The translations under genes and the position numbers were made by a program. The notes below the pieces were generated by a model. It worked only from the letters and a program-made list of their open reading frames with translations. It ran no database searches and was not told the origin of the DNA. Below are positions 27,106-40,565 of a stretch of DNA of 64,000 bases, piece by piece; within the stretch, counting starts at the first letter, position 1, and each line of letters starts with the position of its first letter. Location of the stretch: positions 20,522,001 to 20,586,000 of the forward strand of contig OX597824.1 of NCBI GenBank assembly GCA_951406725.2. Reading direction: 5' to 3'. This stretch comes from Octopus vulgaris. Lineage: Eukaryota.

Positions 27106-28629
27106 GTAGGCAAGTACGTGGAGGCGCGTGTCTTAGTGGTTAGGGTGTCAGCATCGTGATCGTAAAATTGTGGTTTCGATTCCTGGACCGGGCGACGCGT
27201 TGTGTTCTTGAGCAAAACACTTCATTTCACGTTGCTCCAGTCCACTCAACTAGCAAATATGAGTAACGCTGCGATGGACAGGCGTCCCGTCCAGCTGGGG
27301 AACACATACGCCATAGAAACCGGGAAACCGGGCCCATGAGCCTGGTTAGGCTTTAAAAGGGCGCAAAGAAATAAAGTAGGTAAGTACAAGCTGGGTGAGA
27401 TTGAATAATAGCATTTGGATAATAGATCACTGCTCATAATTAAGTTCTGTTGAATTAAGATAATCCATTTTATGCGAAGGGGGACTTATTTAAAACACCA
27501 TTCGGTGAACGAGGGTGGGGGAGATGAGTTACTAAATTCCAAGAACCACTTATCTAAATGGAACTATCTCGACGAAGTAACTTCATTAATGAATTTCTAA
27601 TGAGATTGCATTCATTACTAAGATGATAAGACCAGTTAATTAATAGAATTAGAAAGTCTGTTAATATCGTTACTGCAGTCAAACAGCTATTCTGATTTTA
27701 TTTTTGTCACGACGAAAGTAATTTACGTTTATTAATTAAAGTTGGGGGGGGGGGGACAGAGAAAATGTAATTTAATGATTTATTGGGGAAAACCATACAG
27801 AAGCCTCACATTTTAAGAAAGGGAAATGAAAGGATTGCGACGTTGATGAATTTCCCAAGGTTACCTAGAAACTTAATTTAACTAGCATTCACTGGAAATC
27901 GAAAGCAGATCACGACTTCGATTTGGCAAAGATTTATTTGTTTTTTGTTACATGAACGAGCCAATGAAATAGCATAGACAAAAAATAGCTAAATATTCCT
28001 CGGATCAACTCTGATCGAACAGACTTTTATGATTGATCCAAAGACACTCTGCTTGCGACCATCCCATCATTTTAGAGATATCAAGGACTACATTGATCTA
28101 GTCTCTCCTAACCTTTTCTTAGGTACTAAGGTGAGATTCTTCTTCTTCTTCCAATCAGGACTCACGCCATTAGCCACAAAGAGTAATCTCTAATTCGAGC
28201 CTACTCTAAGCTACTAAGAATGCGTGTGGAAACTTGAAGATCCACCCACCACATGTGATAGACTGGCGGTTGCACGGGAGCGAAAGCTACGTTGTTATCT
28301 TCATTCCGTAAACGGTGGCTTTGAACGGGTGGAGAGCCGAACCATCCTGGGGTACAGAGGGTTCGCAATCTAGACTAGGGTCTGAAAGTTTACCACGCCA
28401 TAGGGGGTTACACCATGGTTCCTCTGCTTTGTGGCAGAAGTAGGCAGAAAGAGTGAGAGAAAGTTGTGGTGAAAGAGTTCAGCGGGGTTCACCACCACCC
28501 TCTGCCCGAGCCTCGTGGAGCTTAGGTTTTTTGCTCAATAAACACTCACAATGCCCGATCTGGGAATCGAAACCGCATTCTTACAACCGCGAATCCGCTG
28601 CCCTAACCACTGGGCCATTGCGCCTCTAC

Positions 28630-28850
28630 TACCGTGGTTGCTGCCACCGACACTGTCCTCTCAGTCTTTTCTATCGGTGTTATAATGTTCCTCGGAGATG
28701 CACTTGCCTCCTCCATTAAACTCTTCCGACACACTCATCTGTATCGAATATTCCAGAGACCACACTGACCATTATTCCCCCTTCTTCCCCACTAGAATAT
28801 TGGCTCACTGGAATCTCCTCTCTGCTCACCTCTTTCTTGCAGCTGTTGGG
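28630..28850 (+). mobile_element. CR1/Jockey-like LINE 3' relic
   Basis: LSLFYRCYN and SPFFPTRILAHWNLL resemble the SLFYRYY...SFFPRT..WNxLP C-terminal motifs. Adjacent to a family C SINE head (28440-28630, minus strand). Confidence 0.5.
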
Positions 28851-28946
28851 CTTGTAACCAGTCCAAATGGAACGTTAGTGGCATCAACCTCATCGGTTTT
28901 AGACTACCTGCAAAGGACATGAGCGCTGCCTATTTCTCCAGAGGCG

Positions 28947-28984
<38 letters not shown>

Positions 28985-29186
28985 CACTAATAAATATACA
29001 CTTACTTAGAAAAGGAAGGACAAAGTGCATGATACTGTTCAGAGCTTCTGAGACTGATGGAGGGAAGGAGAAAGATATCCTGAAACCGAAAACCTGGCCC
29101 CAATGCTTACTTACAACGCCAGAAATTCTGAAGAAAAAAAGCAACCAAGGGACAGATGTAGGTATTCAGTCGGACAATGAATTATG

Positions 29187-29686
29187 GGATCTTTTGGGTT
29201 TGAACGGCAGTTTTTTAAAATAATTTCCACGTAACTAAACACTTTTAAACTTCGTATACTGGTAGAATGTGTTTATAAAACATCTTTTTCTCTTGGCTTT
29301 ATTGAGAAAATTCTATGGTTTGTAAGATATTTGTTGTTTTTTTTTTCTTCAATTTCGGCAATTTCAACCAATCAATGACGTCTATTGAGGTAAAAAAAAA
29401 AACACATTCTGTGCCGTATGAATATGTCCCTCGTTTAAGAAACAGATTGGCTTTATTTACACTTGTGAAGAAAAAAAGATACCCTTCCCCCACCCCTAAC
29501 CCTAAAACAGATTGAAATGCAATAGATTGGGTTTATTTACATTTGTGAAAAAAAAAGATACCCTTCCCCCCACCCCTAACCCTAAAACAGATTGAAATGC
29601 AATAGATCGATACTAGGGTCATAATTATGGATGACAATTTCATATGACATCGCTAGAAAAAACTGCCGTTCAAACCGAAAAGATCC
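29187..29686. mobile_element. Same MITE family, 8-bp TSD GAATTATG, with internal duplication
   Basis: TIRs; TSD at 29179-29186 and 29687-29694. Confidence 0.85.
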
Positions 29687-29729
29687 GAATTATGTTTACA
29701 ATCGAAGAACAACAACAGCCCTTCTGTAT

Positions 29730-30115
29730 ACTAAATCCTACCCCCAAAAAACTTCAGTTGGTTTGAAGCCAGTGTAGAAAACTGCCACTGAAGGTATTGC
29801 ACAGTAAAACTGAAAGCACGTAGCCGGGAAGCGAACTGCTTGACCGCACAGCCGAGCCTTACATCTGTTAAGAACAATAAATGTTGGCAATCGAAACTAA
29901 GAAACACCTGTATTACTTTCAACTGGTTTACAAACTTGAAATCTAACCCAACTCTTATACCATTACTACCAGGATTTCCTTCTAAACAAATATGGTTTCC
30001 AGTGCTTGCAGAACTCGAGTCGTTCTTGATGAGTTTTAGGTTCGCAAACCGGTTAAAACAACAATCTTTTGTTTTACTGTGAATGTCAACGTTAATTGTT
30101 CCCGTAGGCATGATG
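29730..30115 (-). mobile_element. Possible hAT transposase C-terminal relic
   Basis: RFANL and AFSFTVQYLQWQFSTL weakly resemble the hAT dimerisation motif (F.STYL.E..FS). Confidence 0.35.
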
Positions 30116-30229
30116 TTGCAGACACTTTAAATGAATATCGTGAGAGACTGTATCAGAGAGCGAGGAAGCACTTACGAGGTCGCGCAGCCTGCTAGAACAT
30201 CAGCTAAACGGTCTTTATTGTACTCTCTA

Positions 30230-30613
30230 GTGGAGGCGCAATTGCCCAGTGGTTAGGGCAGCGGACTCGCGGTTATAGGATCGCGGTTTCGATTCCCAGA
30301 CCGGGCGTTGTGAGTGTTTATTGAGCGAAAACACCTAAAAGCTCCACGAGGCTCCGGCAGGGGATGGTGGTGATCCCTGCAGTACTCTTTCACCACAACT
30401 TTCTCTCACTCTTACTTCCTGTTTCTGTTGTACCTGTATTTCAAGGGGCCGGCCTTGTCACTCTCTGTGTCACGCTGAATATCCCCGAGAACTACGTTAA
30501 GGATACACGTGTCTGTTGAGTGCTCAGCCACTTACACGTTAATTTCACGAGCAGGCTGTTCCGTTGATTCGGATCAACCGGAATCCTCCTCGTCGTAACC
30601 GACGGATACTTCC
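30230..30613 (+). mobile_element. tRNA-derived SINE, family C
   Basis: Head GGAGGCGCAATTGCCCAGTGGTTAGGGCAGCGG...GGTTTCGATTCCC with A/B boxes. 12-bp TSD ATTGTACTCTCT at 30217-30228 and 30614-30625. Confidence 0.9.
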
Positions 30614-30819
30614 ATTGTACTCTCTGCGAGCGAGCGAGTGCGTGTGAGTGTTGATTTATCTCAGATCGAACTGTCCAGCTGTCCTTCTTGCACCCGATTT
30701 CTCTCCCCCATTCTCACTAGAAAGTACTGGCTGTAATCAGACCTGCAGAAGTTGGCTTCCGCCAGATTTAAATTCAAATTTAAACCCCATCGCGTTCTAA
30801 AACAAAGGACACGTTGGAT

Positions 30820-31221
30820 TACTCTTTACTCTTTTACTTGTTTCAGTCATTTGACTGCGGCCATGCTGGAGCACCGCCTTTAGTCGAGCAAATCGACCCC
30901 GGGACTTATTCTTTGTAAGCCCAGTACTTATTCTATCGGTCTCTTTTGCCGAACCGCTAAGTGACGGGGACGTAAACACACCAGCATCGGTTGTCAAGCA
31001 ATGCTAGGGGGACAAACACAGACACACAAACACACACATATATATATACATATATACGACAGGCTTCTTTCAGTTTCCGTCTACCAAATCCACTCACAAG
31101 GCATTGATCGGCCCGGGGATATAGCAAAAGACACTTGCCCAAGATGCCACGCAGTGGGACTGAACCCGGAACCATGTGGTTGGTTAGCAAGCTACTTACC
31201 ACACAGCCACTCCTGCGCCTA
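30820..31221 (-). mobile_element. SINE family A copy
   Basis: Full-length reverse complement of family A. Confidence 0.85.
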
Positions 31222-31346
31222 TTATTCATTTCTCAGCCCGAAAACAAAATGGGTTATGACTGGAAAGTTTTTGGCCAAGGATCTGCTCACAGCTGACTGG
31301 CCTGGGTCTAAACAACAACAACAACAGCAGCAGCAGCAGCAGCAGC

Positions 31347-31377
<31 letters not shown>

Positions 31378-31673
31378 CTGTTATATATATGTAAGCGATA
31401 AGCAGAGAAACCTAAATGTGTCTATTGTTGAGTGAATGAATCCATTAAAAAAATAAACGAGGCAAAAGTTGCAAGGAAAAAAATTCACAGGAAAATGCCG
31501 GAGGAAAACTTAAGTGACTGATTAAAATTTTGACGGCTTTTGTTGTTGTTGTTTTGTTGCAATATATATATTATAATAACTTATTATAATATCTATATCA
31601 TAATATCTATATTATAATAACTATATCTATATTATAATAACTTGACAATATTTTCGTCTGTTACGTAACGTTA

Positions 31674-32029
31674 TCTCTCTATATATGAAGCTGAAGTTGT
31701 CTGTGTCTGGCAGGTTTGGTAGCTTTCAACTAACACTATCTCCTCCGAGACCCTGCGGCGCAAGTTGACCAACATTGAGATTATGATAGAAGAAGGCTTG
31801 CTCTTCCTTCCGTAGAAGAAAAATTTCAAATCGGACCATGTTAACACCAAAAATTATTTACATCAAAAAGGTGCTTTTTTTTCTATGAAAATCCCCTGCT
31901 GTGTCGCTATTTTTCGGTGTATTTCAACCAGAAAAATGTTCACTTAAAGTGAATAACAAGCTGCATAATGCAAAATTCCAATTCTAAAGGGTCGAAAGAA
32001 ACCCGAGCAACGCCGGGCGATACTGTTAG
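31674..32029 (+). mobile_element. Non-autonomous Helitron-like element
   Basis: Same family as 17842-18235; the end has decayed to TTAG. Confidence 0.7.
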
Positions 32030-32689
32030 CTAATGAAGTATTGTGACTGTAACTGAATAGATGAAATAAAATATGGTTTTTCCTTCCCCTGTTAGTAACT
32101 GAGCGGATAATGTACTTGTATTGAATAAAACATGATGTTTCACATACGTATAATGTCATTATATAAATTGGGTTGTCATTGTGTGCATGTCGTGTTATCA
32201 GTTAATAAGTGACAGAAAATATCAGATGTCTAATTATTTTAACTATCATTTATGGTATTACAATGAAATATGAGATTATTTCCTGAAATGTTTTTCTTTT
32301 TCCATGCCAAAACTGTGACATTTTTCAGCGTGACTTTATATCCCTTTCTTTATCTACATTTTTCTTTCAATCGCTTCAATGTTCCGCAATTTTTAAGTAT
32401 CTTACATTCGCCTATACGCATATCTCCTAGGCCGAGTGTGAAACCAGTCTCCGATTCCAGATGCAGGATTTCAGCAATCTTAACCACCTATGAAAATGCT
32501 AATAAAGGTCCTGAGTTCAAACCTAACCAACAGATATGTGTGAAATATAAAAGTTACTTGAAGATGATCGGAGGCAAAACTTATAGAAACGTCTCTAGCA
32601 GGCAACTATGTGTATGCAAGTGCGCGCACGTGTACGTGCGTGCGTGCGTGTCCAGCATAACATGGATACTTTGCTAGAACACTGAGCAC

Positions 32690-32911
32690 TGCGGCAGAAA
32701 CGTTAGCATGCCGGGTGAAATGCATAGCCGTATTTCGTCTGCCGTTACGTTCTGGGTTCAAATTCCACCGAGGTCGACTTTGCCTTTCATCATTTCGGGG
32801 TCGATAAATTAAGTACCAGTTACGCACTAGGGTCGATGTAATCGACTTAATCCATTTGTCTGTCCTGGTTTGTCCCCTCTGTGTTTAGCCCCTTGTGGGT
32901 AATAAAGAAAT
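32690..32911 (+). mobile_element. SINE family B monomer
   Basis: Family B sequence. Confidence 0.85.
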
Positions 32912-32998
32912 ATATTTACTCATAGAGCGCTCTCCCATGGATGTATGGTGCAAAAAGCACTCATAGTTATAACGTTGGCGGACGAAATAAATATGAGA

Positions 32999-33035
<37 letters not shown>

Positions 33036-33125
33036 CCTGCTCGCTTAGCTAAAACAATGCGAAGCGCACTGTGACCAGCGATGTGTGGCAACATCTGATA
33101 GCCTGGTCGGCAACAGTAACAGTGA

Positions 33126-33161
<36 letters not shown>

Positions 33162-33358
33162 TGTATGTATGTATGTATAGTATGCATTAATATAGGTGTA
33201 AGTGTATCTGTGTAGTTAAGAAGCGTGCTTTTCAACCATGAGGTTGTTGGTTCAGTCCCACTGTGCAGCACCTTAGGCAGATATCCTCTCCTATAGCCCC
33301 TGGCCGACCAGTGCCGCATTAGTGAATTTGGTAAACGGAAACTTTGTGGGACCCCATC

Positions 33359-33403
<45 letters not shown>

Positions 33404-35689
33404 GAGCCCACCACTGATTGACAACCGGTGTTGGTTGGGTGGTTTACGTCCCGCAACTTAGCGGATCGGCAAGAGACACCAGGCTTTTAAAAAATAGGCA
33501 TTTGGGTCTATTTGTTCCACTAAGACCCTTCAAAACTGTGCCCCAGCATGGCCGCAGTTCAATGACTGAAGCACGTACAGGATAAAAAGATATTACGTTG
33601 TTAGATACCCGAAGAATTTTAATTGCTTTCAGGAAATCTCAACATTGAAACAGAAAAATCTTGTTAATTATCTGATAGTTAATTACCTTATTGTCGATTC
33701 CATTAGCCAGTGATTGAAATTTGCATTTAATGACACCACAACTCCTTTTGCTTTTTAAATTACTTTTGTAGCCATTTTAATTTAAATCACGCAGTCAATT
33801 GTGGAATTCAAATAGATTGATCACACTCTGCATAATTTCGTCTTTTATGGAAGGGTATTGCCTGGCAAGTTATACGATCTGGGACCCTATGTTGAAGCAA
33901 TAACATTTACAGCCTGAGGGACACATAATAGCCATTCTGATGATGATGATGATGATGATGAGAAGAAGAAGAAGAAGAATCCTTTCTACTATAGGCACAA
34001 GGCCTGAAATTTTTTTTTGGGGGGGGGGAGTTTGAGTCGATTATATCAAGCCCAGTACTCAACTGGTACTTGATTTATCGACCTCAAAAGGATGAAAGGC
34101 AAAGTCGACCTCGGCGGAATTTGAACTCAGAACGTAGCGACGGAAGAACTACCGCCAATCATTTCGTCCAGCGTGCTAACGATTCTGCCAGCACGCCGCC
34201 CTAAACAGCAGCAAGAAGAAGAAGAAGAAGAAGAAGAAGAAGAAGAAGAAGAAGAAGAAGAAGAATCCTTTCTACTAAAGGCACAAGGGCTGAAATTTTG
34301 GTGGGAGGGACTGATTAGTTGATTTCATTGACCCCAGTTGTGCAGTGTGTCACTAGTACTTAATCCATCGATCTCGAAAGGATGAATGGCAAAGTCGGTC
34401 TCGGTGAAGTAAGCTATCAGTCAGTTTAATGTTACAACTAACATATGTGTCAAACAAACGTTTATCCCATTATATGGATTTGTCCCCACCACCCCGCATC
34501 CCACCCCGGACATGAAATGAGGGTGGGGAGAAAATTAAACGAAACAAGAGACATCGTAATAAGCTATTGCTTCATCTCATTCTTACGACATAATTATAAT
34601 GACATGACGTCAAATTTGACTAAATTAATTACTTATTAAGTGAATTGCATTATCGTTTTAATTTGTAAAGTAGGTTAATTTTCTTTATACAATACATTTG
34701 GTTAATAACTAATCAAGTGCGTTAATACACATACATTCGTAAAAACACACTAAATACACACACACACACAAATGTGCCTTTTAATGACTTCATTAGCTGG
34801 ATTGCAGTCGTGCTGAGGGAATTGTTCTACAAAAATTACAAGGTAAAGCGTAAAACGGACTCGATACATATCTGCCTTAAGGCGGCGAGTTGGCAGAATC
34901 GTTGTCAGCGCTGGGCAAAATGCTTAGCGCCGTTTCTTCCGGCTTTTCACGTTCTAAGTGCAAATGCCGCCGAGGTCGACTTTGGTTTTCATCCCTTCGG
35001 GAGCGATAAACAAAAAAAAAAAATCAGCTGAGTACTGGGATCGATGTAATCGATTAGTCCCCTACCCCACAAAATTTCAGGCCTTGTGCCTATATAGTTG
35101 AGACCCTACTTCGGCCATGACTGACCGTGGGATTACACCAGTGTTATCCAAGGGAAAGGCAACAGCAGATTAAGCTTGGCACCTGTGATGTACATACATA
35201 CATACATACATACATACATACAGACAGACAGACAGACAGACAGATAGACAGACAGACAGACAGGCAGGCAGACATATATACAGACAGACAGACATACATA
35301 CAAAAATACATTATTGAAATTCCAATGAAGGAGCCTTGGATCTAGGTTAGAAATCGGTTCTTTCTCTATTGGCAAGAAATCTTAAAATAAAACTGAATAA
35401 TGACATACATACACATTCATACATACATACATACATACATACATACATACATACACATACATACATACATACATACACATACATACATACATACATACAT
35501 ACATACATACATACATACATACATACATACATACCTATCTAGCAATCAACTTACCTACTCGTCTACATACATAGGCGCGTGTGCCTGTGTGTGTGTGTGT
35601 GTCTGCCTGTGTGTGTGCATGTGTATAGGTGATCACACAGTATACTTCTCTGCGAGGAATTATGTCTGACGAAAGGTAGAATGTTTGGC

Positions 35690-36200
35690 ATCGACAAGCT
35701 TAAATGTAGAGTGATTGGTGAAAGAATTCTTCGATCATTAAGAGAATAGGAGACAACATAAATAACAAGAGTCTGATAGAAATTTATGCACCAACAACAG
35801 CAGCTGATCAAAATGTAAGTCGAAAATTCTTTGAAGATTTACAGAAATCACTGAAGCGACGCCATAGACAGACGTGAAATTGATAATGGGCGATTTCAAT
35901 ATAAATACGGGACATGAAATATCTCGTCCCAGAACTGGAGAAAAGAGTCTTGGCAAAAGAAAGGAAAGAGAACAGACTCGGATCGATTTCTGTTCAGACA
36001 ATGATAATATGCATATTGAATACTTGCTTTCAGTTACATAAAAGGCGATTATACATTTGGATTTATTCAAACGTGCAATATAGCAATTAAGATCGATTAA
36101 GTAATCCTCGTAAAAAAACCGTCGAGAAAGCATTATTCCTTGCAACAAACACCTTACCAGGTGCCGACCGTGGGTCATGAAGTTCTCACTGTGCTATTAA
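35690..36200 (+). mobile_element. Decayed LINE AP-endonuclease fragment
   Basis: Translated motifs IYAPT...KFFEDLQ and VKLIMGDFN, with frameshifts. Confidence 0.65.
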
Positions 36201-36343
36201 AATTGAAGTTCGAGCACAGGAAGAAAACAAGGGTAGCAATCTAAATGTAATTTGAAAGAAAATTTCGCAATTTTTTTTTATTGATTATTGATTGGTTAGT
36301 GCTACTGCGGCGAACGGAAATAATTTAAATTTAATTGGTGTGC

Positions 36344-36454
36344 CTGAAGTTCTTTAGAATCAATTAAAATATTTAATAATGGAAAATACACACACACACA
36401 CACACATTGTATTTTCCATTATAAAATATTTTAACTGATTCTAAAGAACTTCAG
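36344..36454. repeat. Inverted repeat with 47-bp arms around a (CA)n loop
   Basis: CTGAAGTTCTTTAGAATC...GGAAAATACA / TGTATTTTCC...GATTCTAAAGAACTTCAG. Confidence 0.85.
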
Positions 36455-37143
36455 CCGCCTGACTACAAAAATAATAATTACAACAACAACAAAACTCATA
36501 ATAATGGTTTCAAATTTTGCCACAAGGGCAGCAATTGCGGAGGAGGGGATGAATCGATTACACCAACGCCAGTATTCAACTGGTACCTAATTTATCGGCC
36601 CCGAAAGGATGAAAGGCAAAGTCGACCACGAAGGAATATGGACTCAGAACGTAGCGGCAGACAAAATACCGCTAAGCATTTCATCCTGCGTGTTAACAGT
36701 TCTGCCAGCTCACCGCCTTAATAATAATAATAATAATAATAATTTTTTTACCCCGTCAAGAGCTTATAATGCCCCATTATTTGACTATTTTCTTTTGTCA
36801 ACACATTGTGATCGCTTATGAGATTTAAGCATACAAATTATTATCTACAGAATTGTCTCTCGTCATCGCTTCCCAATTCATCGCAGAAAACGCACATGCT
36901 TGTTTGTTAAAAAACAACAACAACACTATGAAACTTTAGTTCTTAAATCTAACGTGAAGAAGTGGGCGAATACGTTGGTAACACTCTTATTGCGGAATAT
37001 ATAGCGGTATGTGTTCGAGTCTCATGCATAAGATAAAATCTACTTTTTTTCCCGACGAGGGGTTATATGCCTCAATAGTTTATACAGTGATCGCTTATAA
37101 AATATTAATATTATTTACAGAATATATATATATATATATATAA

Positions 37144-37174
<31 letters not shown>

Positions 37175-37785
37175 AACTTGTTACCAGTTCAAATATGTTT
37201 GAGATATATTCGAACCCGTAAGAAAGCCATTCACTATATTTTGTCATGGAGAAAATACACTGAATGTCTTTCCTACGGGTTCGAATTTGCCCCAAGCATA
37301 TTTCTCCTGGCTACAAGTTTGTCTTTATACACATCACTGCTTAGCGCTTTCGACCCGCATTTTATTTGCGGTGAGCCACCTACTAGTGTAACCACTCATT
37401 GTGCGATGACTGGAATATAATAAGGAAGACTTATCTCTCTTGTCAGTTTACAGCATCTGCTTTTCCGGTTTCTGGTGCTGAAGAGGAGATAATCACTCCA
37501 AAATGCACGCATTCACCAGTCTGGTCAGGAAACGCTACGAACTGACTTTCTGTGTTTATGCCTATTTGTCTACAACAAATCTTTTTTTCTATGGCAAGCA
37601 ATGATTGCACCGTGCTATAGTGAAACGCCGAAAACTCACCTGGTACGGACATGTGTGTCTTGACACAATTAATCCGAAATTATTCTCCAGAACAGAGTTT
37701 CGACAGCTGGATTTCGTGAACCTTAGAAATCCATGAAAACAATTCGAAATTTGGCTAGATAAAGTGTCTTTCAATAAAATTTAAG

Positions 37786-37832
<47 letters not shown>

Positions 37833-37842
37833 ATATATATAT

Positions 37843-38045
37843 ATTCTTTTACTTGTTTCAGTCATTTGACTGCGGTCATGCTGGAGCACCGCTTTTTAGT
37901 TTAGCAAATCGACCCCAGGACTTATTCTTTGTAAGCCTAGTACTCTATTCTATCGGTCTCTTTTGCCGAACCGCTAAGTTACGGGGACGTAAACACACCA
38001 CCATCGATTGCTAAGCGATGTTGGTGGGGACAAACACAGACACAA

Positions 38046-38107
<62 letters not shown>

Positions 38108-38211
38108 GAATATATGCGACGAACTTTTTTCAGTTTCCGTCTACCAAATCCACTCACAAGGCCTTGGCTTGAAACTATAGTAGAAGACACTTGCCCAAGA
38201 TGCCACGCAGT
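37843..38211 (-). mobile_element. SINE family A copy, 5' truncated
   Basis: Family A body and tail. Confidence 0.8.
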
Positions 38212-38408
38212 GATATATTATACTATATTAATATTTACCAGAAGTAACAGAATTTTGTTCGTTGGCACTTTTCAAACTAATTCCATAAATACCAGCGCAT
38301 GAAACTCTCAGACCTTAAGTCACTCTGTTACTTCTGCTAAAATATTAATAAAAATAATACATATACTCATATTTAAAGCTCTATTTTTCCCGTTTGCATC
38401 AACATACG

Positions 38409-38457
<49 letters not shown>

Positions 38458-38556
38458 CAATAAAAAAGGGTAAAATTAATTAATTATTAATTAATATTTT
38501 TTTTGTTAACAAGTAGCGTTCAGTATGTAAAAAGACCATTTACGGTATATTTAAAA

Positions 38557-38916
38557 CATTACGTTATATAATTAGGGTTCAGTAAAAAAAAATACTTTAC
38601 CACACACCGAACTTTTAGAAATAGCAGCCAAAGAATTTAGCTATTTCCTCTACTATAAGAAGACTCTCCCAGACAATGTATACGCAAAAACAATTCTCGT
38701 AGGTATAGAGGGAAAAATAACGAAAGATCACACGTACATCGATTACTTGAGAACGCCGTTTCTGGGTTAGTTATATATAGATATGTTTTTTGAGTATACA
38801 TTGTCTGGGAGACTCTTCTTATAGTAGAGGAAATAGCTAAATTCTTTGGCTGCTATTTCTAAAAGTTCGGTGTGTGGTAAAGTAAATTTTTTTACTGAAC
38901 CCTTAATTATATAACG

Positions 38917-38920
<4 letters not shown>
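38557..38920. repeat. Inverted repeat (arms about 135 bp, spacer about 95 bp) between (TA)n tracts
   Basis: ATTACGTTATATAATTAGGGTTCAG...CAATGTATAC is mirrored at about 38786-38920. Confidence 0.85.
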
Positions 38921-38953
<33 letters not shown>

Positions 38954-38956
38954 CAG

Positions 38957-39005
<49 letters not shown>

Positions 39006-39076
39006 GGAGTAAACACATAAATGTGAAACAAGGTGGAAAAAATGAGTACTCAAATACCAGTGGTAGAGTAATATGC

Positions 39077-39226
39077 TTTATTTAAAGCAGCAGAAAATTC
39101 AACAAAACCTGTTACTCTGAGTTTCTCATTTCCGTTCATCAGACAGTTTTTGCAAAAACTGTCTGATGAACGGCAACGAGAAACTCAGAGTAACAGATTT
39201 TGTTGAATTTTCTGCTGCTTTAAATA

Positions 39227-39228
<2 letters not shown>
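39077..39228. repeat. Loopless palindrome with 76-bp arms
   Basis: Centred on TTTTTG|CAAAAA at 39152/39153, with about 3 mismatches. Confidence 0.9.
39159..39196 (+). ncRNA. Minimal type I hammerhead ribozyme-like motif (mirror copy on the minus strand at 39109-39146)
   Basis: CTGT-CTGATGA-A-CG-GCAA-CG-A-GAAA-CTCAGAG-TA-ACAG: stem I CTGT/ACAG, canonical core, self-complementary stem III ACTC-A-GAGT. Confidence 0.6.
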
Positions 39229-39268
<40 letters not shown>

Positions 39269-39285
39269 CATATATACATATATAC

Positions 39286-39318
<33 letters not shown>

Positions 39319-39319
39319 C

Positions 39320-39412
<93 letters not shown>

Positions 39413-39685
39413 GTATTCGTAATTCTAAAAATATTAAAATTATTATATGATTTGTATAGGAATACAAATCCTATAAAACGTTTTTTTTTTTATTTCACTG
39501 AACATTTTATTTAAATAATTAGGATAGTGTAGAATTGTTTCTACAATATAGGTAGAGGTTCTGCGAATTTTTAAATTTATTTTATTGGTTCCAGTCACCG
39601 AAAGTACCAGCTGAGTACTGAGGTCGATCTAATCGACTAACTACCTCCCAACAAATTTTAGGCGTTGTGCCTATAGTTGAAAGGA

Positions 39686-39714
39686 CTACTACTACTGCTG
39701 CTACTACAACTGCA

Positions 39715-39772
<58 letters not shown>

Positions 39773-39798
39773 TTACTACTACTACTTCTACTTCTACT
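39686..39798 (+). repeat. (TAC)n trinucleotide microsatellite
   Basis: Direct reading. Confidence 0.9.
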
Positions 39799-40334
39799 AA
39801 GCCAAGTAATAACTCACACGTGTTAAATATTTGTTCAGCACATTAATTAAATATTCATTTTGAAAATAATCTACTTCTGAGAACATTTCTTTAAAATAGC
39901 AAATCCGTTTCCGGTGGTAATTCACTATTCCTCTGCGCAGCGTCTCTCTGCCAATGCACGCTGACACAGTAGGTTTCCGTTTTCAATTTTTTTCCAGGAA
40001 GTTACCGAGTGGAAAAAATTTGAAATGAAAGTTAACAAGGAACTGAGATACTCATGTTGAAGCGGTTTTTGTATAATAGACCCGTTTCAACTCTGAGTAA
40101 CTAAAAAAGCTGTTCATCAGTCCCAATTATTCCGGATCCGGTAAACCTGTTAACCAAAAGTATCCTGAACATAACCATCATATATCCGAGTTAACATTCT
40201 TGACGCGATTTGAGAAAGATTCGACTAATTTCAAAGATAACCCAAAGACTGATTCAGTAGATTTCCAACTATCAGATATTTTTGTTCCAGTTATAATGTA
40301 TTCAAAACTATATTATCTAATTATTATCTAATAA

Positions 40335-40565
40335 AAGCGGCGAGCTGGCAGAAACGTTAGCACGCCGGGCGAAATGCGTTGCCGTTTTTCGTCTGCCGTT
40401 ACGTTCCGAGTTCAAATTCCGCCGAGGTCGACTTTGCCTTTCATCCTTCCGGGGTCGATAAATTAAGTACCAGTTACGCACTGGGGTCGATGTAATCGAC
40501 TTAATCCGTTTGTCTGTCCTTGTTTGTCTCCTCTGTGTTTAGCCCCTTGTGGGTAGTAAAGAAAT
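40335..40565 (+). mobile_element. SINE family B monomer
   Basis: Family B sequence; TATATTATCTAATT occurs on both flanks. Confidence 0.85.

Noticed and set aside
30230-30305. tRNA gene candidates at SINE heads
   Set aside because: A and B boxes are present, but the heads run into SINE bodies with TSDs and lack a clean cloverleaf and terminator.
31001-31435. 144-aa ORF with polyQ
   Set aside because: An antisense SINE family A sequence fused to a (CAA/CAG)n microsatellite.
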